Notes under the pieces: generated by a model
What the model was told of the DNA's origin: nothing
The model's database searches: none
Seen by the model: only the letters and a program-made list of their open reading frames with translations
Assembly: GCA_037447605.1 (NCBI GenBank)
Contig: CM074812.1
Coordinates: 3,162,001 to 3,226,000 of the forward strand
Source: Zygnema circumcarinatum SAG 698-1b
Taxonomy: Eukaryota > Plantae > Zygnematophyceae
DNA: 64,000 nucleotides
Direction of reading: 5' to 3'
Shown here: positions 14,240 to 29,737 of the stretch, in pieces
Layout: every line of letters begins with the position of its first letter
Position numbering within the stretch: position 1 is the first letter of the stretch
Made by a program: the position numbers and the translations under genes

Positions 14240-14305
14240 TTCGCACGTGCGAAGCTGGTTTGCTAACTCGCACGTGCGGACGATCCAGCTTGTCCACGTG
14301 GCGCT
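14240..14305. promoter_or_regulatory. Cluster of three G-box (CACGTG) palindromes in the divergent NTH1/PIG-M intergenic region
   Basis: ttcgcacgtgcgaa, tcgcacgtgcgga and ccacgtggc within 65 bp; function inferred only. Confidence 0.45.
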
Positions 14306-14394
14306 TTCAGACAGGAGCATGGCGTTAAACACTAAACCTGAACCCTTATTTCTGCAATACCGTACGGGAGTGAAATACAGAAACGTCAAAGAAA

Positions 14395-14905
14395 ACCTAA
14401 AACCCTAAAACCCTACAACCCTAAAACCCTCAACCCTCGCACTGACAGATCCAACGGTATCGAGTATTCAGTTTCTGAGCCCTAGAGCTGGAAAATTTTG
14501 AAACCTCTGAAGGTGCAATTAGTTTAATTCCTCGAATCTGTTAATCCAAGAATGTAAAATTCAGAAAACAAAAACTTGAATGGTTCGTTTTAACCCCTGA
14601 ACCCCTGAACCCTTGGACCCTGAACGAACCTTGAATCCTAATTCCTGAACCCTGAACCCTGAACCCTGAACCCTGAACCCTGAACCCTGACCCATGAACC
14701 CTGAACCCTGAACCCTGAACCCTGAATCCTGAAACCCTAAACCCTGAATCTTTTAACCCTTTTATCCTCAACCCCGAACGCCGATCCCTGAACCCTGATC
14801 CATAACCTTTGAATCCTTAAACCCTAAACCCGAAACCCCGAATCCTGAACCTTGAACCCTGCACCACGCAAAAGCTTCCAAAGGCGTTCCTGAACCCTAA
14901 TTCTA
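14395..14905 (-). repeat. Telomere-variant (CCCTGAA/CCCTAAA)n array upstream of PIG-M
   Basis: aaccctgaaccctg runs ending ~30 nt before the ATG at 14936. Confidence 0.9.
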
Positions 14906-14935
14906 CACCCTCCGTATCCCTCCTACCCCCTCTTC

Positions 14936-17090
14936 ATGCCACGTGCCTCGCCTCCCTCTCGCCACGTGGCAACCCCCCTGCCACGTGGCCTCCTGCCGCT
15001 CCTCCTTGCCGCCGCCCTGGTCCGCCTCCTCCTATTGGTTGCCGGCGAATGGCAGGACCGCCACGTGGACGTAAAGTATACCGATATCGACTACGCGGTA
15101 TTTACGGACGGCGCACGGCTGGTCGCCACGTGGCAGTCCCCCTACGGACGGAGCACGTATCGGTACTCGCCGCTGGTGGCATACGTCATGCTGCCTGCCA
15201 CGTGGCTGCACGGGGCGTGGGGGAAGGTGCTGTTCGCAGCTGCAGGTGAGAGGGGGGTGGGTGAGGGTTCAGGGTTTAGGGTTTGGGGTTCAGAGGGTAG
15301 GGTTAGGGTTTAGGGTTTGCGGTTTGGGTTAGGTTTAGAGTTTAGGGTTTAGGGTTTTAGGGTGTAGGGTGTAGGGTTTAGGGTTAGGGTTTAGGGTTAG
15401 GGTTTAGGATTAGGGTTAGGGTTTAAGGTTTAGGGTTTAGGGTTTAGGATTTAGAGTTTAGGGTTGCAAGAGTTTCTGGTTTGGGATTTAGGGTGTATTG
15501 TTTGGGGTTTAGGGTAAGGGGCTAAGGGTTTAACGTTGGGGTTCAGGGTCTACAGTGTGGGATTTAGGGCTTTGAGGTGTGGGTTTGGGGTTGAGAATTA
15601 AATTTTTGGTTGTTGGGTTTTGAGTATTTGGGTTTGGGATTTGGGGTTCAGGGTTAAGGGTTTATGTTTTGGGGTTTAGAGTCCAGGGTTCAGGTTTTGG
15701 GTGCCGAGATAACTCATGTATCTCACTCCCTCCTCTCCCTCTCCCTCTCCCTCTCCCNNNNNNNNNNTCCCCCCCTCTCCCTCTCCCTCTCCCTCTCCCT
15801 CCAGACCTTCTCGTGGGCCTCCAGCTTTACTCGCTCCTCCGCCTGCGCCACGTGTCCCCCTCCTTCGCGTGCTTCTGTGCCGCCACGTGGCTTTTCAACC
15901 CCTTCACGTGCACTGTGGCGACACGTGGCAACTGCGAAGCGGTCGTCAGCGCCCTCCTCCTGCGCGTGCTGCTCTGCCTCTTCAAAGGTACGACTATTTC
16001 TCATCCTTTATTGATTTTTTTTTTCCTTGTTTTTTTTCCTCGTTTCTTGTTCTTGGATGACAATATCTTTCGATCAATATTTCTCATTATTGTTTATGAT
16101 CTTTGATTTTTTGATTTTCAAGTTTCCATTATTGTTTGTTGCGCATGGCCCATCTCCCTCGGAGCCTTTCCTTTCCTTTCCTTTCCTCTCCTTTCCTCTC
16201 CTCCTCCCCCATCGCGAAGTTTCGCAGTCCCTTCGTTCGTTGGCCTTTCCATCGAACCCACAAATCGAAGCGACTCACGACTTTGTTCCATGCCCAATCT
16301 GTACTATCGAAAACGTGACGTGACGTGACGTGACGTGACGTGACGTGACGTGAGTGACGTGATGATCATAGCGTGACATGACGTGACGAGACGTAAGGTG
16401 GCGTGGCCTGACATGACGTCATATAATGTCATGTCACGTCATGTCACGTCACGAGTTGTATGACGTGTCGTGTTATGGCGGAATGTGACGTGATGTGACG
16501 TGACGCGGCGTCATATGATGTCGTGTCACGCCATGTGACGTCACGAGTTGTATGACGTGTCATGTTATGGCGGAACGTGACGTGACGTGACGTGCTTTGC
16601 CAATTGCACTTATGTTTCGGAGACTAAATTTTTTTTCAAATGGAAAATTTTGTGAGGAAAGTTTTCTTTTCCTGACACGTGGCAGGCTGCTATTGGCAGG
16701 TCGACTGGTTGAAGCCTCGATGTGGTACGGAATTTTGGTCCACCTTCGAATTTATCCAATCATTTACGCGCTTCCAATTCTTTTAATTTTGAACAAAAAT
16801 TATCCCTCCAGAGCTTCGAAATCCTTGGAAAAAAAATTCAAAAGTGGGCCTCAAACTTTTTCGGCTGACCCACGGATGGCCACATCGACCACTGAGAGCG
16901 CGCCACGTCAGCAAGATGTTCAAAAAAATCAGAAGGAAAGTTTTTTTTTTGGGTCCCTCAAACGTGCTCTAAACAAAGAAAGATTTTTGTTCGGCGGAAT
17001 CTCAGGCGGAGTTTTTTTTGGGCTGACCGGATTTTTTTTTTACCTTTACGGAAGAGTACCTGTATGAGGCGCGCTGATTATCATTTGACT
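14936..17090 (+). CDS. PIGM: GPI alpha-1,4-mannosyltransferase I (PIG-M/PEANUT1), 5' half; frame breaks just before the 100-N gap
   Basis: Exons 14936-15245 (KYTDIDYAVFTDGAR...SPYGRSTYRYSPL), 15805-15987 (WLFNPFTCTVATRGNCE), 16700-~17052 (YGILVHLRIYPIIYALP...FFYLYG). Homology continues in shifted frames (EYLYEA, YHLT) up to the gap at 17107. Confidence 0.9.
15265..15700 (+). repeat. Telomere-like (TTTAGGG)n array in PIG-M intron 1
   Basis: agggtttagggttt repeats starting ~20 nt after the donor. Confidence 0.92.
16313..16595 (+). repeat. (CGTGA)n pentamer tract with internal tandem duplication in PIG-M intron 2
   Basis: acgtgacgtgacgtg runs; gtcacgagttgtatgacgtgtc..gttatggcggaa occurs twice. 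Confidence 0.85.
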
Positions 17091-17106
17091 AGCAATATGT
17101 AACTGA

Positions 17107-17206
17107 NNNNNNNNNNNNNNNNNNNNNNNNNNNNNNNNNNNNNNNNNNNNNNNNNNNNNNNNNNNNNNNNNNNNNNNNNNNNNNNNNNNNNNNNNNNNNN
17201 NNNNNN
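17107..17206. other. Scaffold gap (100 N); other large gaps at ~35682-35808 and ~62240-62359, plus several 10-N gaps inside GA tracts
   Basis: Runs of n in the sequence. Confidence 0.98.
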
Positions 17207-17499
17207 GCACTGCGACTAAACACAAACTTAAGTAAAGTTTCTTTAACTAGTCACTTAGTCAGACAAGTTAGTTAAAAATTTCAAATAGTTAGCTAGTTCT
17301 ATGTTGACAGTTAGTCAGTCTAGTCGTTAGTTGTCAGTTTAAATTTAGAAAAACAAAAATTGAGTTGCGAGTGGTTTCGATACTTGATGCATTTGAAATG
17401 TTGCCTTCAGCAATTTTAGGGTTACGGAAATGTTTTTTGGGGCGGAATTTTGGTGGGTTCATTCCTGACAGTAATTGAAAGGTCGATGTTTCCAAACAA

Positions 17500-17960
17500 C
17501 CCTAAAAACCTTAGAGACCCTAGAAACCCTAACGAGCCTCGAAGCCTAAAACCCTAAAGACCCTCCAAACCTAAAACTCTAAGACCCTCAAAACCCTAAA
17601 GACCCTCCAAACCTAAAACCCTAAAGACCCTGAAAGCCTAAAACCCTAAAGACCCTCCAAACCCTAAAACCCTGACGACCCTCCAAACCTAAAAACCTAA
17701 AGACCCTCAAAATGCAAAAGACCCTCCAAACCTAAATCCCTAAGGACCCTGAAAACCCTAAAGACCCTAAAGACCCTAAAAACCCTAAAAACCCTAAAAA
17801 CCCTCGAAGCCTAAAACCCTAAAGACCCTCCAAACCTAGAACCCTAGAGGCCCTCCAAACCTAAAACCCAAAGACCCTCAAAACCCTAAAGACTCTCGAA
17901 ACCCTAAAGACTATCAAAACCCTAAAGACCCTCCAAACCTAAAACCCGAGAAGTCCCTAG
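17500..17960 (-). repeat. Higher-order telomere-derived repeat (AAAACCCTAAAGACCCTCCAAACCT-like units)
   Basis: ccctccaaacc recurs about 8 times, interleaved with aaaccctaaaga. Confidence 0.85.
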
Positions 17961-19861
17961 AAATCGAAACGCAACATTTTTAGTTTTTATGCGGCGAAAC
18001 ATTTTTATTTCGTGTCCCGAGAGATAATCCTCGAGTTTTTGGAACGCTTCAAGCCACGTGGCGCAATTTCATTGGCTGCAACTTCTATTCACTTTTTGGG
18101 TACTTTTATCAGCCGTACGGACAATTGGACATGCCAATATATCGTAATATCGCTAACTAGAATCCAACATTTCCTGAATATCGTCAACGATATTCCGATA
18201 TATCGTCATATCCCAATCGCCTAGGGGTTGTTTCACCTGTACGACTGCTGCCACGTGACATGCACCGACATTTTCCTTCAATAAAGAATGTCGGCAATCG
18301 ACAAATGTCGGTGCGGCGTCATTGGCCGTACGGACACAGTCATGGGAAGTCTTCCAGTCCATCCGCCCTTTAGTGCCACGTGACAGGACCGGCATGTGTG
18401 AAAGCCATCACCCATTGGCTGAACCTCACATCCATTCACGTTCCGCTTTGACAGGTGCACACTCAATCTCCCATTGGCTGCGGCTTTTGTCCACTCGGGT
18501 TTCGTCATTACACGTGTAAGAAACCCCTCCTATTGGTTATGGTCGCCCTCGCACTTGCGACAGCCCCCTCCCATTGGTGACACCCCCAAAAGGCGAGCGG
18601 TCCGGGCCATGGCTCGCAGCGGATCGCTCGCGGTCACCCAGCCAGAGAATTGACACGGCGTGACCTGACGTGATGAGACGAGACGTGATAAACACGTGTG
18701 ATCGGTGGATAACCGCGTTTCACGGACGAGTGTCGCGTCATTTATTGTAGCGTGGATGGATCTTGGCCTTCTATGACACGTGTGAATTATGGTATTTTTC
18801 ACGATAAGATCTGCGATGTGACAGGGACTGGTGGCGGGGAGGGCAGCCACGTCGCCAGAAGGCATGAGATGGCGACACGTGGCTGAAACATCCATAGTTA
18901 CGACAAATTCTGCCTGACCCGGGCGGGAAATTTTGTCGTTTTCTGTCGCTCTGCGTCCTTTTCTGTCAGAAACGACAGAACTATTTTGGTGACGTGTTTA
19001 ATTTCGGTTGGACAGTTACTGGCGTTGTGGTGTCACGTGGCACTGATGGGAAATTTCAGCCCAAAATACTTCTGAAAAATTTTGTCTGGAACGTTTTTAT
19101 CTGCCCGTTGTGACGGGCAGGTCATCCACGAATGCGAGTGCCTTATTCCGAGCGGGCAGTCCAAAACAAAAGACTTTGTGACCCAAACCTTCGATCCGGG
19201 CAGTACAAAAATAAACTTTCTCCTTCCTGCCCGTTCTCGTTACGAACAACCATTCTGCCCAGAAAATCCTCTATTTTCATTATTGATCCCAAAAAACATT
19301 GTTTTAACCTGCCCGTACACCCTGCCCGCCGACAAAAGTTCCACCTGCCATTTATCCTCCGCCACGTGTCACGCGGACCTCCAAGGAAAGCCCTTTCCCT
19401 TTTTCCCTTCGGCCGAGTCGCCTGGCGACGAGTTTTTGGTCGCAGAGCAGTCGCACAGAGTCAAAGGGCCATTTCCATTGGTTGCAATGGTCGCAGATTC
19501 CACGTACCACGTGTTTATTGGTCGAATGGCGTCGCCGTGCGACAGCGGCGCAGGCGGAGCCAATAATGGAACCTACGACGCTTTTGGACTTTCCACGACG
19601 CATCGCGAAAAGTAGAGATAGGGAGAGGGAGAAGAGGAAGACAGAGAGAGAGAGACAGCTGGAGAGAGAGAGAGAGCAGCAGAGTGACACAGAGCGGGAG
19701 AGAGACAGAGAGAGCGGGAGAGAGACAGCGGCAGAACAGGGGGAGAAGGAGAGAGACAAGAAAGCACGTGAGTGGGAGTTTAAGAGAGAGAGAGAGAGAG
19801 AGAGATGGGCGCCAAAGCGGGAGAGAGAGTACAGACGGCAGGAGGGAAGGCGAGCGAGAGG

Positions 19862-20887
19862 ATGACGTGGACCGTGACCGACAGAACGGTACGGCTCCCT
19901 AAGCCCCATTTGTACCCCATCTCGATTTAACAATTACTAAAATTAGGGAAAAGAGGCTTGCAAATGCGGCGAGTGGGTTGTGGTTTGAAGTTTTTAGTTT
20001 GTGGGTTTTTGTTCTGAGGTTAGTCCGTACAGGAGGGGTTAAGTGGGGTCTCCCTCCCCTCTCTCTCGCTCCCCTTCTCTCTCCCTTTCTCTCCTTTTCC
20101 AGGATATTTCGTCGTTTATTTTCCCCCCAATCCATACCTCTCTCTTTCTCTCTCCCTTCTCTCTTGCCTCGCCAGCCTCTCTTTTCCCCCTCTCCCTCTC
20201 CCTCCCTCCTTTCTCTCCCTCCCCCCCTCCCTTCCTTTTCCCCTCTCTCCCTCTCCTTCCCCCGCTCCCTCTCTCCCTCCCTCCCGCTTCCTCTCCTTCT
20301 CTCCCCCCCACTCCTCTCCCACTCCCTCTCCCTCTCCCTTTCCCTCTCCCTCTCCCCCTCCTCGTCTCCTCCGACTCCCTCTAACAACCCTCCCTCCCTC
20401 TCTCTCTCCCCCTCTGCCAGGTGTCCGACTCCGATTGGTGTGACACCCGTCACGCCGCCTCCCCGGAGTCCACCGAAAGCGCGTCCTCCGCCGCAACCGA
20501 AGAAAAGTTCGCCCCCCAAAGTACGTTTGTACCCCAAAAAAAATATATATATGTACATAAGTAAATATTAACCACAAAAAACAAAAAATCTACATATATC
20601 CATATTGAAATTCTCCATTTTCTGTTATTTATCAATTTTATTTATTTATTTATTTGTTTTGGGTTTTTATTTCCTCAGATTTAAGCTGCGATGGCCTCCA
20701 GTGGGACCTCTCCTTTCAGACTCCCTCCCGCATTCCATGTGACGCTGTTCCGTTGCGGTGTCCGGGGGCGCCGTTGAAGGCTCGGACCATAAGGAAGCCG
20801 CTAAAGGACAAATCGGGAAATCTCAAGCGCCTTTTGCGGCCGTTGGATTTCGAGTCGGTCGCATCCGACGGCGGGATCTTCGCGTGA
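19862..20887 (+). CDS. Small (111 aa) SIAMESE-RELATED-like putative CDK inhibitor, 3 exons
   Basis: Exons 19862-19888 (MTWTVTDRT|gtacgg), 20421-20520, 20679-20887 join in phase; contains QTPSRIP...CPGAPLKAR and KRLLRPLDF, resembling the SMR TP, CPxAPxK and RxL-F motifs. Confidence 0.6.
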
Positions 20888-21892
20888 ACAAGAAGATCAG
20901 ATTTGTTTTTTTTTTTCCTGAGAGAGGAGGGCCTGAGGGCAAAAGATTCTTTTTTGGGGACAGATTCGGATTTTTTTTGCTTTCTCAGCCATTGTATAGT
21001 GAGGAGGGAGACTGAAATTTTGTCGATAGAGGGAGAGAGAGGGAGAGGGAGAGAGGGAGAAGGTTATGTGCACGAAAATTTGTCGGCAATGTATGTACGG
21101 GTATGTCTCCAGCGTACCTATAAGAAGGGAGAGTCGGGAGAGACTGGGAGAGAGAGAGTGAGAGTGAGAGAGAGAGAGAGTGAGAGGGAGGACATTGAAA
21201 AATGTCGGCGCTGTATGTACCTAAGAGCTGAGCTAAGGCCTTAGAAATCTTAGTAGGGAGGGAGGGAGTACGGGAAAGGGGGACATAGAACTGGCAGTTC
21301 AGTTCCCGTTTCAGTTGCCGTTTCCATGTACGACAAAATAGGGACAAAAGTGTAAATATAGGGACTGTCACCTGCAAACTGACTGAATCGATTTTTTACA
21401 TTTTGTAGCATAGAAAGAGTTTGAGAACATCAGGGTTTTGTAACTCACTCGCCAAGCGGCAGATTTAGGGTTCAGAAGCGGACACGTGTGAGATCAAAGC
21501 GGCTGCTTTGGATTCAAAAGGAGTGAAAGGAAAAAGGGAATTTTCAAATGTTTTGAAAGTCAAGAAAGGAAAAACAAAAAGTTTCAAAAAAACTCGCAAT
21601 TTTTTTTTTTGGGATTTTGGGATATTCTGTGTTCATGCCCTTTACTTTGTTTTGGTTCTTGATTTTTGGTTTTATTTCTGGTTATTGGTTTTTGGGTTAG
21701 TCTTGTATGAAAGCTACGATGTGGCTTTTAAGGTTTAGGGTATTTAGGATTTTAGGGTTTTCAAGTGCACATCGAACAATACAACAAAAATGAAAATATG
21801 AAAAAGAATCATGTCCCGAACATATTACATCTTGATCAATTTACAAACTTTACAAAAAATTAACAAGATAACAATCTTCTTTATATAATTTT

Positions 21893-25949
<4,057 letters not shown>

Positions 25950-25974
25950 GCCGGGGGGGGGGGAAAGAACTTTA

Positions 25975-26392
25975 AGGTATAGGGTTTAGGGTTCAGGGTT
26001 AAGGGTTTAAGGGGGTTTAAGGTTTAGGATTTAGAGCTTAGGAATGGGGTTAGGTTTGGGGTTTACGGTTTAGGATTCAAAGTTTATGGTCTAGGGTTTA
26101 GGGTTCAGAGTTCAGAGTTTAGGGTATTCATTCAGGGTTTTGGGGTTTAGGATTAGGGTTTAGAGTTTAGGGAATATGGTTCAGGGATTGTTGTTTAGGG
26201 TTTAAGATTCAGGGTTAAGGTTTTAGGGTCTAGGGTTTAGGGTTCAGGCTTCAGACTTTAGGGCTTAGCATTCAGGGTTTGGGTTTTAGGGTTAGGGTCT
26301 AGAGTCTAGGATTTAGGGTTCTGGGTTTGGGGCTAGGGTTTAGAGTTTAAGGTTTAGGGTGTAGGGTTAGGAATTAGGGTTTAGGGCTTCAA
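25975..26392 (+). repeat. Telomere-like (TTTAGGG/TTCAGGG)n array upstream of SAYSD1
   Basis: agggtttagggttcaggg repeats beginning ~25 nt from the ATG at 25949. Confidence 0.9.
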
Positions 26393-27312
26393 GGTTCCGT
26401 GTACAGTTTCAGTTCAGTCATAAGAAAGCAGCCAATGAAAGCTCGCCACGTATACACTTCTCATCGTACGGAAGCATTCCTTGCAGACTTGGCGAGCGGT
26501 CAAGATTGGTCAAGATTGGTCGACTAGACGGTCGACGCAATTCAAACCGAACTTGACTAAGCTTGACCAGGTCGTCAGGTCGGCGTTCAAGCATTCCGTA
26601 CATGCTGGAAGTTTCCGAGAATGTAAGCCGCGTGTCGTGACAATGAAGCGTGTCCGTTTGGTGTACGGATTGTCTGACCGTTCGATTTTGGGCAGGTCGT
26701 AAACTTCGCTTGTGATTGGTCGACATGGCCGAGTGACTCACACGCGTGGAAAGGGGTTTTACGATTGGCGGAGACTCTGGATGGGAAAGGTAGGAAACTT
26801 TCTGTAGGTACCGTTGTTTAGGCCGTAAAGTACGGGCGGATGTCCTGAGCTTCTTCAAAAATTATCTTCAGGATCCATCGGACGGTGTAGATGAAATAAG
26901 ATATCAAATCGGATATTTTATGACCGTCCGATCTAAAGATTTCTTTTTTTGAATCACTGAAAACGTTTTAGTTCTGCCCATTACGGTTCGGGCTGCCCGA
27001 AAAACAGGAAACAAAAAGAAATTCGTCCTTCCGGAAGCTTCTAGTGGGCACCTGAGGCGGGCCTATAAATAAAAAACTGGGTTTCAGTTTTGTTTTGGAA
27101 ACTAGTTTTTGATTCCGAAGGGGGCACTTGCATTCCTAAACTCTCAAAATAAACCTCCTAAAAAATATCTTTTTCTTTTGGTATTTCTCAGCTTTTTGGG
27201 ACTCTCAGGGTTTCAAGAATCTCTTTCGGTTGGCTGAATAAGTCTTAAGACTTTACATAAGTTTTAAAGGTCTAGGGTTTCGGACTAGGGTTTCGGGTTT
27301 AAGCTTTTAGCC

Positions 27313-29320
27313 ATGGCGACTGCAGGATCGTACGGCAGCCATGTGCGTACGGATTGGAACGCAGAAGCGCTCAAGAATCTGCACAGCCTCTCGCCGAGAG
27401 TGCAAAAGCACCTACAAAAGGTTCGGCCAGGGGGTAGGGTTTAGGGTTCAGGGTTTTGGGTTTTTGCATTAGGTTTTAGGGTTAGGGTTTCGGGTTTAGG
27501 GTATGGGATTAGTGTTTAGGGTTTAGGTTAAGAGAATAGGGTTTCAGGTTTTTGGTTTAGGGTACGGAATTACGGTTTAGGGTTTTGCGTGTTTAGGTTA
27601 GGTTTTAGGGCTGCGGGATTAGGGTTTTTGGTTTCATGGCGTAGGGTTCTAGGGTTTAGGGTTTTGGGGTTGGATGATTTTAGGATTTTTTTAATGCAGC
27701 TCTGCCTTCCGCTCTTGCCGAAACCATCGAATCAGGGTCTGAAAATAATTGTAGGGTTTGAGAAGTACGGAGAAGCGGAGCGTTTTGAAACCCTAAAATT
27801 TTCTAAATTATTTTTTTTTTTTTTGGTGAATGTTTGCTTGCAGGTTTACTTGACCTTGGCGGGCGCTCTGTTCGTTTCCACGGTCGGAATTTTTTTCGAT
27901 CTCGTTTTCCACGTGGGCGGGCTGCTCTCCACTTTAGGGTTTCTCGGAGCCGCGTTTTGGCTCAATGGAACTCCCGCCGTGCCCAGTCTGGAGGTAGAGG
28001 TTTATTTTCATTTATTTGAAAATAAAATAATTGCAAAAAAAGAAATGCAAAAGAAAAAATCAATATTTGATTAAGATCATTTCAAGTATTATAACGTGTT
28101 TTGATCTTGGGTTTTTAGGTTTTTTTGTGGTATTTGACTTTATCAAGGTGTCTGGATGTAGCCAAAAAAGGTCTGAAAAACGAACTATAACTTGATCACT
28201 TCACTTAATTGAGGAGGCATCATATTGCAGAGCTGGAAGATGTGACTTTATCGAGCTGTTTGAATGCGGCTTAAAAACGCTGGAGTAAAGTGATAGCTCT
28301 TGATCTCTTTACTTTATCGAGGTTGGTTTTTTGGATGTAGGAAGTTTTAGAGAACGTGACTTTAAAGCGATGTGTGGCTGTTTGCTTACTTGCAGGGAAA
28401 GCGGTTGAAGCTGTTTGCCTTGGCGGCGTTTCTGCAGGGCCTGTCAGTGGGGCCCTTAGTGAACCTTGCGCTGGCTGTGAATTCAGGGTAAGAGGAGAGA
28501 GAGGGAGGGGGAGAGGGAGGGAGAGAGAGAGAGAAGAGGAAGAGAGAGGAAGAGAGAGTGAGAGAGCGTTTGAGAAAGTGGGAGGGAGGTGGAGCGGGGA
28601 GAGAGGGGAGAGTGGGGAAGTGAGGAAGTGGAGAGATATGGGGAGAGGACGGAGAGAGAGGGAGCGGGGAGAGGGAATGGGAGAACAAGGGGGGGGGGTG
28701 GGGAGAGTGGGCGGTTAGAGGGGAAGGGCGAGGTGGCGAGGGGGGAGAGAGAGTCATTGAGAGGGAGAGAGAGCGGTCTGTGAGAGTGAGGGAGCTTTTC
28801 ATCATGAAGTAAACGCCCTGCATGCGAGACACAAAAGGAAGATACAGAGGTAGAGCGTGCTCACTCAGGAGGGATAGCGAGTGAGAGCGAGAGAGAGGAG
28901 AGCGAGAGAGGCGAGGGAGAGGAGAGAGAGAGAGGAGAGAGAGAGGAGAGGGAGAGAAGAGAGAGAGAGAAAAACAAGATCCATCATTCATAGTGCTCAC
29001 AAATTACATCCGCTCTCTGTTGCAGAGCAATCGCAACTGCCCTTTTGATCACAGGAGTGGTCTTCGCATGCTTTTCCGGAGCAGCGATTCTGGCAAAAAG
29101 ACGCGAATTTTTGTTTCTTGGAGGGATCATTTCCTCCGCAGTGAGCGCAATGGTCATGATGCGGCTCGCCATGCATTTGTTCGGAGCCTCGGCGGGGGCC
29201 TTTCAATTGGAGGTGAGGGGGGGGAAAGAGAGAGAGAGAGAGAAAACGAGAGAGTGAGAGGGCGAGGTAGACAGAGGGGCAGGGAGGGAGAGAGGGAGAG
29301 GGAGGGAGAAGGGTAGCGAG

Positions 29321-29360
<40 letters not shown>

Positions 29361-29684
29361 CAACCTCCTCAAAACTTAAATCTGCATGAACCCAAGGAAC
29401 CTCAGAAAACCTTCAAGACTCGATAAACCATTGAAACTATAAAAATCTTAAAAACCCAGTCTACAAAGGACATAAACCCACCTATACTTTTAAATACCAC
29501 ATAATAATACTAATAATAATTTCATAAGGCCATGTACTCACATCACTTGTAACTTACCTTTGGCAATAGAAAAATGCAAAATTTGTAAATTTTGAAAAAT
29601 TTACAAATTTTGCAAAAAAATTTAAATTTTTTTCTTAATGAGCGAAATTATCCATCATTTGGTAGTATAATGTTTGATTGAATC

Positions 29685-29737
<53 letters not shown>

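Noticed and set aside
26418-26858. 146-aa minus-strand ORF in the SAYSD1/BI-1 intergenic region
   Set aside because: No recognisable domain, no splice context, and it sits in promoter-like sequence
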